NCBI GenBank assembly: GCA_043228905.1
Contig: JBHGNT010000004.1
Span: 24,614,001 to 24,678,000, forward strand
Direction of reading: 5' to 3'
Length of the DNA: 64,000 bases
Origin: Azolla caroliniana
Lineage: Eukaryota; Plantae; Polypodiophyta
The notes under the pieces are model-generated. The model was not told the origin of the DNA, did not search any database, and saw only the letters and a list, made by a program, of their open reading frames with translations. Below are positions 1-13,472 of this stretch, in pieces. Made by a program: the position numbers and the translations under genes. The stretch's first letter is position 1, and each line of letters begins with the position of its first letter.

Positions 1-1849
1 TGCACTGCACTGCCTTTACATGCTTATTATATACATGATTTGATGGAAGGGGATGAAGATGAAGACAGGGATTGGAGGGGTTCAGAAAAGCCTGCAGGCG
101 CCCATGTGAAGGGCTACACTACAGTCCATTGATTGGATAAGACGGCCATTACTGCACCTTCTTTAATGCCGAAAGATCAGAGAGAGACAGAGAGACACAG
201 AGCCAAGGAAGGAGTAATGGAAGCTCACCTAAAACACACTCAAAGTCTGGCATCGAACTCGGGACCTCCAAACCACATACCAACCCACCCCCCATCTCTC
301 TTTCTACATATGTGTAAGGCTGTATATGTGTTGGATTCACACTTTGTGTGTGTGTGTGTGTGTACGCTCGCATTTTTCACCTTCTATTCGTGCACCGTCC
401 GGTTTTGTCCCTGTCAACGAATCCGCAAACACCTCAATCCCAATATAAACAACACACATACACATACATCTTGATAGATAGCATTACGTTGATGAGCCAC
501 AACAGTGGAATCTCGTTACCCCATTCAAGACCATATAACAAATCAAGGGGATATACGCACATAGATAGATTGGAGCCCCTTACCTTCCTTATCATTAGCC
601 AACACCTTTGTATGTCGACGTACGCCCCCTTTTTCTTTGGGTCAGAACATATGCGAATGTGTGACAGGTTTCTCCGTTGAAGTGAGGGTCGGACTGACCA
701 TGGCGTTAGCTCTCAAACTCAAGAGGATAATATAGCTCCTATGTAGTAGTATAGAGTTCGTCTTTTTTTCTACCAATGGAAAAACAACATGTCTGTGATT
801 TCGTACTAATCTAGATGGGCCCCTCTTTTGTACCTGTAATTTTGAAGAGTTCTCTTTGAAACATGAATCAGTTGTTTATGCATCGACAATCAATTATATT
901 GTGTGTCTTTGTTAGATCCTAAATACAATCAATCTTACACGGAGTGTTCTTATCATGGACCAATACTTGAGTGCCAACATTGGCTCACCTTCGTGTGGAT
1001 TGGAAGCTTCCCAATGAGGAGAATGTTACATTTAGGGCCAAAAGCAAATTGAGCAAAGCAATCTAGAAGTTCTTCGATTACTTGTGTTGAGGAGATGCTT
1101 TGCATTGTTTGGGAACCCTACCTCCAACAAAAGTATCAAAGAAATCCATATTTCTCAAGACATCTCCCTATTCATGGATGTCGCTCCCACATGGTTAGGT
1201 TTCACACAAATACGAGGATCATGTTAAGAATTATTCATCACGCTTTTGAGGAAACTCCAACAAAATAGGCTAAGTTGAGTGCCACAAATCAATTGCGTTG
1301 CTGCAAGTTGACAATTTGACATTTTTTACACTATTCGTCATAAAAATTCATAAGCTACTAAACATAATAGGTACTATGTTTAACTAAGAAGGTGAATTTT
1401 TTTTACCATAAAACATATGCTCCATTGGTATTAATAAAAAGCCCGGAGGCAGTATAGAAGGTGAATTGTGAACTATATGGTTCTTTTAAATGGTGGTTTC
1501 ACATTGATTGCAAAATAAAAGAAGCAGAAGTTTTAGCTTCGAATGAGGGCATTTATTGTGCAATAACAAATAAAATCAAGACAAGCCGATCTAAAAAATC
1601 TTCTAATTTCAATACAATCAACAATCTTGCTTTTTTTCATCTACCACTTTGGTTCTTTGTGAACACTATCTTTGTTTTCAGAAAGCCCATTACTCTCTTG
1701 TGCTTTAACACCTTTGTGAACTTTGTGTATCCAAAATAGCCCAAAGTTTTGATGAAACATGTCGTCAAATACAATATCAATATCTTCGCTTCACATTCAT
1801 GTGGATTAAGCCGAATTTTTGTGATTCTTTGTTTGTACAAGGTCTTATT

Positions 1850-2944
1850 TGGTTTAGAAGATAATTCTTCAGAAGTAACCAGAGTTTCAGTCGTAACTGT
1901 ATTGTCGCCAGAACCTAGAAGTTCTTTTAGACGACTCACATGAAAGACTGGATGAATTCCGACACCATCGGGAAGAGCGAGACGATAGGCTGATGACCCA
2001 ATTCGTTTGAGGACTGTAAAAGGTCCACAAAACCGTGGGGCTAACTTAGCGCACTTACCCGTAGACAATGTCTTAGAATTGTGAGGTACACGTAAAAATA
2101 CCTTCTGTCCAGGGTTGAATACACGAGGTTGCCTATGATGATCGACATAAAAACGCGCTCTATCTTGAGCTGTTTTTATATTATCTCGTGCAATATGCAA
2201 CATATCTTGCATATCCCGAAGAAAGTTTTGCGTACTTCGCAACTCATCATGATGTATAGTAACATCAATCGGGGCTCGTGGCTGAAAACCATACATCAAC
2301 ATAAAAGGACTATATCCCGTCGACGTATGCTTGGAGCTGTTATAAGCAAACTCCAAAATTGGGAGATAACGTTCCCATTTTGTTGGTTTTGCACCAACGT
2401 ATGCTCGAAGCATGTCCTCAGTAATTTGATTTACTCGTTCTGTCTGTCCATCGGATTGAGGATGATCCGTGGAGCTCATGCTCAACGTAGTTTCTAACTT
2501 CTTAAAGACTTGTGTCCAGAAGTCACTAGTAAACTTTGGATCTCGATCACTCACGATATCCATCGGTAACCCATAAAAACGAAACAATTCGTCAACGAAT
2601 TGGTAAGCCAATTCAGGAGCTGTTACCGTGGTTTTAGTAGCAATAAATCTGGCCATTTTACTTAGTCGATCAACGACAACCCAGATGGCATCATTACCTT
2701 TTTGGGTGCGAGGAAGGCTAACAATAAAATCCATGGATATACTTTCCCACTTATTATTGGGAATGTCCAAGGGATGTAAAAGTCCTGCGGCTTTAAGTCG
2801 CTCGGCTTTGTTAACCTGACACTGGTGACATTTAGTCACATAGCTATGTATGTCAGGACGCATCTTAGGCCAATAAAATTGAGTGGAGATGAGAACGAGT
2901 GTACGATGTATTCCAGGGTGCCCTGCTGAGGGTGCATCATGGCA
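1850..2944 (-). CDS. Ty3/gypsy integrase, in frame after the TAA at 2945-2947, 3'-truncated
   Basis: CHDAPSAGH...CHQC zinc finger, SMDFI, VSDRD, QSDGQTERVN core and GPF...HPVFHVS module. The tail of ORF 1637-2863 beyond about 1850 is unrelated flank. Confidence 0.9.
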
Positions 2945-5900
2945 TTAAAAAAGAATCCTCTTTTTGACCTCGGGTAAATCTGGAACACAAACCTTCCTAT
3001 TACGGTAGAGCAAACCGTTACCAATGTGGAAGTATTCCTTCGAGGATGTGGTGGTGTCTGTTCCAGACTCAACTCTTGCCCAGTATTTTGCGAAATAACT
3101 GTCATCAGGATACTTTCCTCGAAGGTGATCATAAAGATCTGATGATATTGCAGTGAAGCTAAGCATGTTAACTTCACGGATGCGACTTAGTGAATCAGCG
3201 ACAGTGTTCATGGAACCTTTACGATATCGTATGGAAAAATCAAAGTCCTGGATGAGATCAGCCCATCGTGCCTTACGACCCTTCAGTTCTTGTTGGTCAC
3301 AAAAATATTTCAAGGACTCGTGGTCCGTAGTTACCACAAAGTGATTTCCATAAAGATAATGGCGCCATGTTTTGAGCGCATGTATAACTGCAAATAATTC
3401 CTTTTCTTGAACGGTATACCGACGTTGAGCAGAATCAAGTTTCTTACTCCCAAATGCTATTGGTTTACCATCTTGATACAAGACAACACCTAAAGCATAA
3501 TCGCTTGCATCGGTTTCAACCTCAAAAGGTTTTGAAGGATCGGGTAAAAGAAGTGAAGGAGCCTTGCAAACCAGGTCCTTGAGTTCCTTAAAGGCAAGGT
3601 CTAGTGTAGCATTCCACACAATAGGTTTTGTAGACTTACGCGTTTGACCTTTTAAAAGATCAGTAAACGGCGTCGTCAATTGGGAGTAATTACGAAGAGA
3701 CTTTCGCAAAAACCCCACAAAACCAAGGAATGATCGAACTTCTCGAATATTCCGAAGAGTGGGCCAAAGCTTGATTTTCTCAATGCGAGAAGGATCAATT
3801 TCAACTCCTCGTTCGGTTATGAGATGTCCTAGATAAGTAATTGATTTCTTGAAGAACTCACATTTTGAGATCTTCGCATAAAACTGTTTGTCACGCAATG
3901 TTTGTAAAACAAAGCGGACATGTCTAGCATGTTCTTGTAATGTACGGCTATAAACTAAAATATCATCCAAGAAAATAACGACAAATTTTCCAAGTTGTTC
4001 TCGGAAAATGTCATTCATTTCTTGTTGAAAAGTAGCCGGAGCATTGGTCAAACCAAAAGGCATAACCAAAAACTCGTAATGGCCATAGCGCGTACGAAAT
4101 GCCGTTTTAGGAACATCGTCCTCACTTATTCGTATTTGACGGTAGCCAGTACGGAGATCAAGTTTTGTAAAATACCGAGCTCCCTGGAGACGGTCAATTA
4201 GATTGTCAGCCCGAGGCAATGGATACGAATTCTTGATCGTCACTTTATTCAAGCGTCGGTAATTAATACACATACGCCATGTGCCCTCTTTCTTTTTAAC
4301 CAAGAGAACTGGTGCACCCCATGGAGATTTACTATAACGTATATAACCCATTCGTAAATAGTCCTTGAGTTGCTTAGATACCTCATCTTCTTCGGATCGA
4401 CTTAAGCGATACGGAGGTATACTTATTGGTGCAACACCAGGTACAATATCTATACGATGGTCTATATTACGTTTAGGAGGTAACCCATCAGGTAGTTCAC
4501 TTAGAAAAACATCATGAAAATCATTTAAGATTTCATCAAGTTGTTGTTGTTCAAAATATGTTAATTGAATCGGGACATTATCGATATTATAAACGTGAAT
4601 GTCCGGATCAAGTACACAATAAAATAATGTAGAACAAGACAACTCGAATATTGATGGACACGAGGAAACAATCGAGAGGGATTGTTTTTTTACACATTGA
4701 ATAAAATGCGTACAATCGTTCAGTACAAAAGAAATGGAATGACGAACCCAATCAATCAATAAAGAAGAGTTTTTATTATAAAACCAGGGATAACCCAGTA
4801 TTACATCGGTGGTACAAAGATTCATTACATGGAAGTCTACTTCCTCTATATAAGTATCAATAGAAATTCCTAATGAATGAATCGCCCCGTTGATGTATTG
4901 TACTCTTCCATCAGCCAAGTGCACCGTGTAGGTGTGATCACTTACGGTGGGTTGGATTCCCCATATCTGAACCAAACGATCATTCACAAAATTGTGTGAG
5001 CTTCCCGAATCAAATAAAAATTGTACGGGAGATCCATTGATATACCCGTTTGCACGTAGTAAATCATTGGGACCCAATACATAGTGAGGGAAAGAACATT
5101 GACAATTACTTAAATGATGTGTATAGACCTGAAGGACATTAGGAATCTGACCTTTATGGTCTGCAGCTTTAGCTTTGTTGTCGTGCTCTTTCCGTTGGAG
5201 CTTTCGACATTGATCTTTTGTATGACCCTTCTTTTTGCAGAATACACAAAAAGGATGTTGTCGCTTACAATCGCGATCCAGGAATTCGTTGGGTGTCTTG
5301 CGTTTCCCAACAAATTGCGACTGCTTAGTCCCGGGCGCTTCGTTGGGTTTGTTATGGTCCTTCTTCGAAGTGCGTTGATAGCGAAGAACTATTTCAACGG
5401 CCTCTTCGAAGGATTTTGGATCCTTATCGTGCACTATCCAGTGATAGTCCGAATTGGGGATGCCATTGTCAAAACAAGCTATCAACCAATTGTCCCCTTC
5501 TAGACCCAAATTTTGGATTTGGGTTCTAGCATGGTGAACATAGTCTTCTAGCGAGGAAAATTTCCTGCTAGAGAGGTTCATTAAAGCTTGTGCTGCCTCG
5601 GTTCGAGAGGGAGGTTGCAGAAATTGGCCCTTAAAAACCGTGACAAAATCTGTCCAGGTATCGGGCAATTTCCCCATAGTACGGAGGCCACGCCACCAGG
5701 CGGCGGCCTTACCCCCGAGTTCTCGGCCGACATATGCAATCTTCGTACTATCTGGCGTGGGATAGAGCTCAAAATGAGACTCCCATCGTCCCAGCCATGT
5801 GCAGATTGCTTCTTCGGTTCTTTCCTTTTTGTCTCTGGTAAATGGCTTAACGACAAATGATGGTTCACCTTGTCGCTCATCAGGTCTATTAGTCTCACAT

Positions 5901-5965
5901 TGTAGACTAATGACACGTGCCTCAAGAGCACTCTGAGATTGCCGAAGTTCGGCGTCCCATACCAC
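2945..5965 (-). CDS. Gag-PR-RT-RNaseH polyprotein; N-terminus fused to LTR sequence by a deletion
   Basis: 1006-aa ORF with CCHC knuckle, DSG protease, RT and RNase H motifs. It ends in TAA just before the integrase zinc finger. Confidence 0.9.
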   Translation of the reverse strand: MVWDAELRQSQSALEARVISLQCETNRPDERQGEPSFVVKPFTRDKKERTEEAICTWLGRWESHFELYPTPDSTKIAYVGRELGGKAAAWWRGLRTMGKLPDTWTDFVTVFKGQFLQPPSRTEAAQALMNLSSRKFSSLEDYVHHARTQIQNLGLEGDNWLIACFDNGIPNSDYHWIVHDKDPKSFEEAVEIVLRYQRTSKKDHNKPNEAPGTKQSQFVGKRKTPNEFLDRDCKRQHPFCVFCKKKGHTKDQCRKLQRKEHDNKAKAADHKGQIPNVLQVYTHHLSNCQCSFPHYVLGPNDLLRANGYINGSPVQFLFDSGSSHNFVNDRLVQIWGIQPTVSDHTYTVHLADGRVQYINGAIHSLGISIDTYIEEVDFHVMNLCTTDVILGYPWFYNKNSSLLIDWVRHSISFVLNDCTHFIQCVKKQSLSIVSSCPSIFELSCSTLFYCVLDPDIHVYNIDNVPIQLTYFEQQQLDEILNDFHDVFLSELPDGLPPKRNIDHRIDIVPGVAPISIPPYRLSRSEEDEVSKQLKDYLRMGYIRYSKSPWGAPVLLVKKKEGTWRMCINYRRLNKVTIKNSYPLPRADNLIDRLQGARYFTKLDLRTGYRQIRISEDDVPKTAFRTRYGHYEFLVMPFGLTNAPATFQQEMNDIFREQLGKFVVIFLDDILVYSRTLQEHARHVRFVLQTLRDKQFYAKISKCEFFKKSITYLGHLITERGVEIDPSRIEKIKLWPTLRNIREVRSFLGFVGFLRKSLRNYSQLTTPFTDLLKGQTRKSTKPIVWNATLDLAFKELKDLVCKAPSLLLPDPSKPFEVETDASDYALGVVLYQDGKPIAFGSKKLDSAQRRYTVQEKELFAVIHALKTWRHYLYGNHFVVTTDHESLKYFCDQQELKGRKARWADLIQDFDFSIRYRKGSMNTVADSLSRIREVNMLSFTAISSDLYDHLRGKYPDDSYFAKYWARVESGTDTTTSSKEYFHIGNGLLYRNRKVCVPDLPEVKKRILF

Positions 5966-8309
5966 CGCCGTGGCGTCGAGTCGTACCTGGTGCTGGCGCG
6001 CTCGCTACAAGAGTTGACCCACCACACGAGTAGAGTCTCGATGTAGTCAAAAGATGATCCATTGAGGGTAGCTAGGCCTCTTATTTATAGCGATACCCAA
6101 GGCCCCCAGGCAAGTTCACACTTGACCTAATGGGTTGTCTCAATCCCGAGGATTAAAAGTAATCCTCCCCTTCTTTACACTCTCGTTTAACCCTCACACT
6201 TCTCCACGTGTATAGAATACTACGGTAAATTCTTACCACGGGATATTATATGGTCATGCCCGTAACATGTATCCCCATAACTTCCTTAGTTAATTTGTGA
6301 CTAACTTTATTTTAAAGAAATTTCAAGGGATTCCTACGGGATGTTGTAACGTCCATCACAACATGTTATTCAATGAGGTTTATCTATGAGTAACTTCATA
6401 CTTAAAACCATAGTATGAACCATATGTACCATAAGCACATTCGCATTCGAGAACGTTTCAAGAATTCGAGTATGGTAAACACCCTCGAAGTATTGTAAAT
6501 ACCATACTTTTGTATTGATTATTTATTACAAGGTTTTTTTTTTTAAGGTAAGCATGTTAAGGGTAAAAAGTGAAAAAAAAAACATAAGAATGTTTTGATA
6601 ACATATGCATTCGTATGAAAAAGAATGTTTGCCAATGCATTCAAGTATATTAAACATTTCTAGTGTTGTTACAAATATATTCACGTCACAACATTCCTTT
6701 TGCTTACTTGCTTCATACCAACTTTATTTAACGAAATTTCATGCAACTACGTTCAGGATATGATTGTAGGACTAGGGGAAAATTGAAATATAGGTGGGTG
6801 TTACATTAAACATCGTTTTTTTCCTTGTCATCTTTTAGACATCAGTGTGTTTGAAATGCCGACATTTGAATGGATATGCCAAACTCATATGAAACAAGGG
6901 GAATTCAAAATGTAGAACAAATCTCCTTGTGGCTTTATCTAATATAAATTTTGCCCTAACATGGCAAAAAACTAGGTGGAGTTGAGAACGACGTGACACA
7001 AGTCTCCCACATTATGTACTATGCCATGTCATAAACAAGACACACTAAGATAAAAGGCCAATTGGTTGGATTAGTGTGAACCCTCTATCCCTAACATGGG
7101 GTAAATTGTTGGTTTGGGGGGAGAGTGTTTGGCTTTCTATATTTGAGGATAACTATAATATACTGTAAAGAAACTGCCAATGATAATGGAGGACAACTTG
7201 TTCAAACTTCTCATGCTTACTCTAGCATCTACAAATTTCGAGAGTAAATTCGTATTAGCAACTATCCTCGGAGTACAACATAGAGGATTAAAGATTCCAA
7301 CAGACCATGCTTTGCATGAGAACATTTGATGTCCCACATGTCAAGGATACCACCCTCAACTCAACCAATGTAGGTCACAATATGTATAACAAGTGATGTA
7401 AATAATTTCTCACACATCAATATCATTTTTAGAAAGCACCCAAACCCCCTCATGAAGGTAGAAGATCCAATATGGGCATATCAAACAAGCTTCAAAACCA
7501 ACATTAACACTACCTTATTCTCATTGGCATTCTATCGGAGGTAACCACACTGGTTGATTTCTTGTATCAAACGTATGACTACATGTTGCCGAGTGAATGT
7601 ATGAAAATCAATTGTTATACCAATGATAAATTGCTCAACTCCAACTTAGTGAAGAATGAGTCGACAACAAATGTGATTGGAGTGCCTTTGATGGTGATAT
7701 AATATGTTCATTAACTAACATTGCATGGAAAATTACATCTCTAGTGGTTTTTCCTATATTGCATCATGTTCTATTCCAAGGACAATACGTTGTTGTGTAA
7801 ATGCTCATGTGTGTTACTCGAGAGGGACCATGGGGATCTTGGACTAGGGAGGATGCGAATGAAGGTGGAACTAGAACGTTGAGGGGACTCGAACATTCGG
7901 AGGACTCGAATTCTTGAAGGGAACACTCGGGGACTCAAATGCTCATAGGTCTCCAACATTTAGAGGGCTCAAACTTAGCGAAGGAGTCAAACGTTGCCAA
8001 GGACTCGAACGTAGCCAAGGACTGAAAGATCAGAGAGACTTAGAGCTTCTGATGAAGGCGAGTCGAGTGGAGCACTGAGTCCATGACTACTACCAATGGC
8101 CACGACACCTCGACCGACTTCGAAATGCCAAAAACGAAGAAAACAAATACTAGAAAAAATGTCAAAGAAGAAGCAAATGACTTCGGGGCTTCTTCCCCTC
8201 TTACGTGAAGAGAGGCACCCCACTCCATATTCCCCTTAACATGCATTGTGTTGTTAGAGATTCAAGATTTTCCCCTATAGTACTAAAGTCAATGACCCTA
8301 ACCATTAGG

Positions 8310-10330
8310 CCTTTACTTTTGCTTTTTATATTTTTTTCAATGTTTTCCCACTAGTTATTGCCTCATATTGACCTCTTGAAGTATGCAGAAGCATAAAACA
8401 TATCTTGTTGTCTTACTCAACCACATTCTGTTTCACTTTCTGAAATACACATTTACATATTGCCTTCCACAATACCCAAACTAATAAAGAAGATATCGTA
8501 GACCAAACCTTGTCCTCTACCAAACAACGGATTGTTGTAGTATAAGAGACATCCAATACCTGTTCCATCGGAGAGGAAGAAAATCAACAAACTCCTTTTT
8601 CATAATTTTGTATTTCTTCAGCCAACCTTCCCCATCTCACAAAACCCCATGTGTACACATGTTTATCATAAATAGGATACAAAATTCTCAACATTCATTT
8701 CCAAACTGCTCTAACAATAGGATATACCCATAAGACATGGGGAACCAATTCAATGGGAAAACCACAACTATCACATTTTTAATCATGGTGATGCCCCATC
8801 AATGACTTCACAAGAATCCCATAATGTACCAACAACCATCTAAACAGTCAATTTTTTTAGGAATTTGCATGGCCCACAACCATTTCCAATAAACATCCAA
8901 CCAAGAGTCTTGTACATTACTTGGTCTTCAAAAATTAAAAGCTGTTGGCACAACAACCAAACCCTGCCTTAGCAATTCTCTACCCATTTTTACAGAGTAC
9001 TGAAATAAAAGGATTTGCTTACCTAGTATTCCTTGGTGTTGGTATATCATAATTTTGCCATTTCCACTCACCTTGACCCCACAGAAGATGATCAATGGGC
9101 TTATTCTCATAAACCCACAATTCAGATAAACTATTTATATCATTTGGATGTGGTTCAACTTCCAGTTTTTACTGTTCTTCCACATTATACAAATAGGCAA
9201 CATATTCCCATGAGCTACAACATCATTTTTCATAAAGATAGAATGAAGTTTTCGAGAAGGCAAAACATCAAAATAAAGACATTCATTAGAGTTTTTATAA
9301 CCCTTGACCCCCAACAAGACATGTAATGATGAAAACATACCATACCAGAATAGACAAATTTGAGAAAGCTGAAAGGAAGACATCGTAAACACTCTATCCA
9401 TCTCTACATTCATAATGTTCCCTCCCCAAATTGTTCTACAAGCATGGTTTTTGTTTTCCACCATCGAAAAAGAAAAAGTCAGCCAATTCCTTACTGACAC
9501 AACTTCTCCTCTATCAAAATCAACCCACTTCAACCTAGTTCTCTTCCCTAATTACCCCCTCCTCTGTTAGAATAGTGGGTCCATTATGAGGGGCTGGCAC
9601 AACCATTCCTCCTTACATGATGGTAGAGATTAGACCAAATTATGCTTCAAATTCCACCATGTCTTCATGATACCCCTAAAATTTTGTCCTGGCGAGAAAT
9701 ATTAATAGAATGAGTACAATTTCTTAAAAACCACCATCTAATACTATCTTTTCCAATTGCCACATGTAGAAGGCATAACCTTAACCCATCTCTGCCTTAA
9801 AAGTTTTTTCCCATGGCTCCCCACATGACAACAAGGCTCTTATAAGAAAATTTCCAAAAAAGCCTTACATTGTAAAAGAGAGTCAATCAATCCAAGACCA
9901 CATCTTCCTTTAGAGCTATGATAACTTTCCAAGACACTTTGGCTCTGACAAATGAACAATCTTTAGATCCCCAAAGGAAATTCCTAAATAAGCCATTGTA
10001 CTTGCGATAAAGCTGACCGCGAGCACAACCAAGCCGACAAAATGTACCACATGTAAGCCAACAATACTGTATTGGCAAAAACAACCCTACCTGTCAACAA
10101 CAATTTAGTAGTATTCCAATATAACAATTTCTTCCTTATGGCAAGCAGCAAAGGAGATACATGATCTTCTAGCAACAGATTAATACCAACATGATATCTT
10201 ATAGGTTTACCATGCGGAATCCATTGAAACCCTTCCTTTTGGACACCATAAAGGGGTTACTATGATATCTTCCAATAAACCCACCCACATATTCCATTAA
10301 TAATAGTTCTAGAACCATAGCAAAATGTAT
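8310..10330 (-). mobile_element. Degraded LINE (L1-like) ORF2 3' fragment
   Basis: Broken frames read LLLAIRKKLLYWNTTKLLLTGRVVFANTVLLAYMWY and RNFLWG..AKVSWKVI, typical of the plant L1 post-RT region. An A-rich minus-strand tract lies near 8310-8338. Boundaries are approximate. Confidence 0.7.
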
Positions 10331-10559
10331 CAATAGCCCACAGTACTCTACATTAGGTAATTAACTAAGGGTTAATTAGTGTCTAATTATGTGAGTAGTC
10401 AATCACGTATGTGATTAAGTAGCGGAATGTTAATATACATGTGCTATGTGTGTGTATGTGAGAAAGAGAGAAAGCACATTTGTGAACAATAAGACAATAT
10501 GGGGGATGATTAACACGAGTATAGCTTAAGAACCTTTCTCTATATTAATAAGCATCAAG

Positions 10560-11310
10560 TTACAAAAATACCCATAATGAGGTATATATACATCCATAGA
10601 ATGAACCATATGTAACATATGTACCATTCACATTCGATAATGATTCAATCAAACGTGTATGGTAAATCATCTCAAAGTTGGATTGGATTTATAAGTTGGA
10701 AAAAAATAAAGATTGGAATTTCAAAAGATGACTATGGTCTATATTGTATATTGATTGAATCAAATGTCAATACAATTTAAACTTCAAAACTTAGGAATTA
10801 CTTAACTACTAAACATTAGAAAGCATAAACATAAAAATCAAATAATTCAAAGACATAATTGTATTGATGATGAGCTCATCTTGCAATTATCCATGTTTTC
10901 ATCTCGCAACTAGTGAAGGTATCAATGTCTTCACTTTAGAACATTACAAAAAAATTAGTATGAACTATAGAGATTGAATCAAAGTATGTCATTATAAATT
11001 ATAATCAAATGTTCAAAAACTCATAAAACGTATATTTGAGAATATGAAGAAAACATGATACTAACATAAAGTTTTACTATGACATGACATTAAAGAGAGA
11101 GGGGGAGAGAGAGAGGGAGAGATGGGAAAATTAAGATTTGAACCCAAGACATATACAATACTATCACACCAACTTAACACTAGGATGAGGTAATTTCTAA
11201 TAATAAAAAAGGAAAGAAAAAAAAAATCAACAAGTATTTTCCCCTTTTCAAACGTATTAGTTTTCAAACGTTTGTATGCTTGCACGAACACGTTTATTAC
11301 GTTTATGTAT
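10560..11310 (-). repeat. Non-coding dispersed repeat, inverted copy of about 22600-23345; shorter diverged copy near 6400-6490
   Basis: 10933-11060 is the reverse complement of 22958-23083. 10595-10690 is the reverse complement of 23243-23337. Confidence 0.75.
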
Positions 11311-11318
11311 ACATCTCA

Positions 11319-12020
11319 TGTGGAAGGGTGTACATGTGTGAGGAGAATATAGGTACAAGGATGTAAGCTCTATATTAAATGAACTTGGTAGTGAAGGATC
11401 TAGAATGTATCCACAGTTAAGTACAAATATAAAATCCTATTTAAGCCTTTGAATTCAACATACTAACTAGATTCTATGTATGTAACTACTAAGTTACACT
11501 TTTGACAAAATAACTACAACTAGTTGAGCTTGATATCTCAATATATATATAAACAATGTTAGGGCAGAGACATTCATAGACAAAGGTTTACAAAAAACGC
11601 AAGGAAGAGATAGAAGTTAGAAGAGAATATAAGGGGGAGCAGTGTGAGAAGATTCTGCAGGTGTAGGGGCATCTGAGTTTGATCTTCCTGGCTGACGACC
11701 ATATGAACCCTAAATTAGGTTCTATTGTTCGGTTTTCAGTTTTTTCTTATTGTTGTTGTTCTATCCACCTTGTTTTGGGTGAAGCTTTGTTATCAAGGTT
11801 GTTGTCTTGATACTCGAGTATTCTCAAAGAGATATCTTGGGAGGATTTACCCACTTGTATACTGACGTATGGTGTGAAGTTCTTTGGTACCGTAAGGGTC
11901 CCGTGGTTTTTCCTCGATTTGGGGTTTTCGACATTAAAATCTCGTGTGTTCTTCTGCCGTAATCTATTTTGTCTATTAATTTTGTTATTTGTGTGGTCGA
12001 TCCCGATCCCGTATATAACC
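11319..12020 (+). mobile_element. Probable Ty1/copia-type solo LTR
   Basis: TG start, TATA-rich box near 11543, and the motif GTGGTTTTTCC...GGGGTTTTCGAC shared with the 13017-13070 and 31308-31337 segments. Ends are approximate and no TSD was seen. Confidence 0.5.
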
Positions 12021-12437
12021 TTCAATTGTGCTTTGAAGATTTTTTTTCTCCATGCATGATGTGCACACATTGTTGTGGTTAGGCTTGCATAAAGACTTGA
12101 GAACCAAGATCTATAGGGCCAAGACAAGTTCTACTCTATTGTTGATAGTATGACTTGGAGTAGGTGTTAATCTAGTTCGAAGACTACTCACAAATATTAA
12201 TAAACAAGCAAATGAACTCTAAACTTGATTCCTCACAATCAAGAGGTCAATACTTTATGATGTAAATATTATGTATTAATGTACTTAGCACAATAAAAAG
12301 GAAATGAAAGCAAAAAAACGAAGTGACAAGATACTTGATTGAGAGTCAAAGGGTGTTCCACAAGAGCTAGAGTCAAGGGGTGTTCCACAAGAGCTACAAC
12401 TGATCAGGATGACAACACATGCACACATTAGTGTCAT

Positions 12438-13127
12438 GTGTTGTCTTGAAACAAATTCTTAATATTTGCAAGGATGATATTATGAAGTGAACCAAATCCT
12501 TAGAAGAAATGAGAGAGTTTGGTGAATACTGTGCAAAGCACCCCATATAATGTGGGATTTTCCCACTCAAGTGGAACCCACACCTTAGGGCTGGCTAAGG
12601 GCCAAAAGTAATATATTCATATATATATATATACATATATATACATACATAGGAGGAGGCATATACATATATATGTAGGTGAGGGCGAGATGGAAACATA
12701 TAGACAACGTATGATTGAAAGGAAAACACGGAATGTGAGTGCGAGAGCATTTCCAGATCCTGCAGACTTGGAAAGGACAGAGATTTTGAAAGGGCTGTTG
12801 GTGCCGCCAAGAAGCTTGTACCCCTCGACTGGGTAGCAACTTTCATGTCTGTTTTTATCAGTTTTTGTCGTTTTGTGTTTTTCTGTCTTCTTGTTTGCTC
12901 TTTCCATCCAATGGGGCCAAGACTGTCACCAAGGCTGTTGCCTTAGATGCATATGTACTCCTCTAGTGATAACTAGAGAGGTTATTCTCACTTGTACTCT
13001 GAGCATAGTGAAAGTTTTGGTACCCTAAGGGTCCTGTGGTTTTTCCCGATTTGGGTTTTTCCACGTAAAAATCTGGTGTACTCTATTTTAAATTGTGTCT
13101 GTTATTTATTGAGTTGGTCGTTTAAGA
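12438..13127 (+). mobile_element. Probable Ty1/copia-type solo LTR abutting the BAHD fragment
   Basis: TA-repeat/TATA region at 12620-12673 and the motif GTGGTTTTTCCCGATTTGGGTTTTTCCACGTAAAAATC. Boundaries are approximate. Confidence 0.5.
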
Positions 13128-13472
13128 TAATCGTGATTCCCGGTGGCTTCGACATCCACGAAGGGCACACCCTGGCCATAGCATTGCACGATGAGCTTCC
13201 CTTGGGCGTTGGTCCCGAGCCTGCCGGCAAGTGGGTAGTAGTGGTTGAGCACCTTGGCCAGTGACTCTCTGATGATGAGGCTCGGAGGATCATTGGCAGC
13301 CCCGGCAGCCCCCGGGGCCCGCAGCACCTCGAAAATGTAGACTGTTTTGATCATATGGACATTGGTGTGGTCCAGGTTGGAGAGCAAATAAACGAGATTC
13401 TGTGTGGGATCTGAGGTGGTGACGAGGCTGGGCTCATGGATTGAAGAGGGGGGCAGCAGCTTCGGCACCCAT
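13128..13472 (-). pseudogene. BAHD acyltransferase N-terminal fragment (feruloyl/hydroxycinnamoyl transferase-like)
   Basis: Motifs LSNLD, SLAKVLNHYYPLAGRL and GKLIVQCYGQGVPFVDVEA. The ATG at 13472 is out of frame with the body. The sequence is truncated before HxxxD. Confidence 0.85.

Larger units (their letters stand above)
1850..6267 (-). mobile_element. Truncated Ty3/gypsy LTR retrotransposon (chromovirus-type family A, copy 1)
   Basis: Partial 5' LTR starts TGTTACGGGCATG at 6267 and matches the LTRs at 21850 and 29666. Domain order is gag ([14 protein letters not shown]), PR ([10 protein letters not shown]), RT (FLDDIL), RH (ETDASD), INT. The 3' end is cut at about 1850, before the chromodomain present in copy 2. 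Confidence 0.93.

Noticed and set aside
1-70. TGCACTGCCT resembles the start of miR408
   Set aside because: Only 10 nt match and no convincing hairpin is visible within the window.
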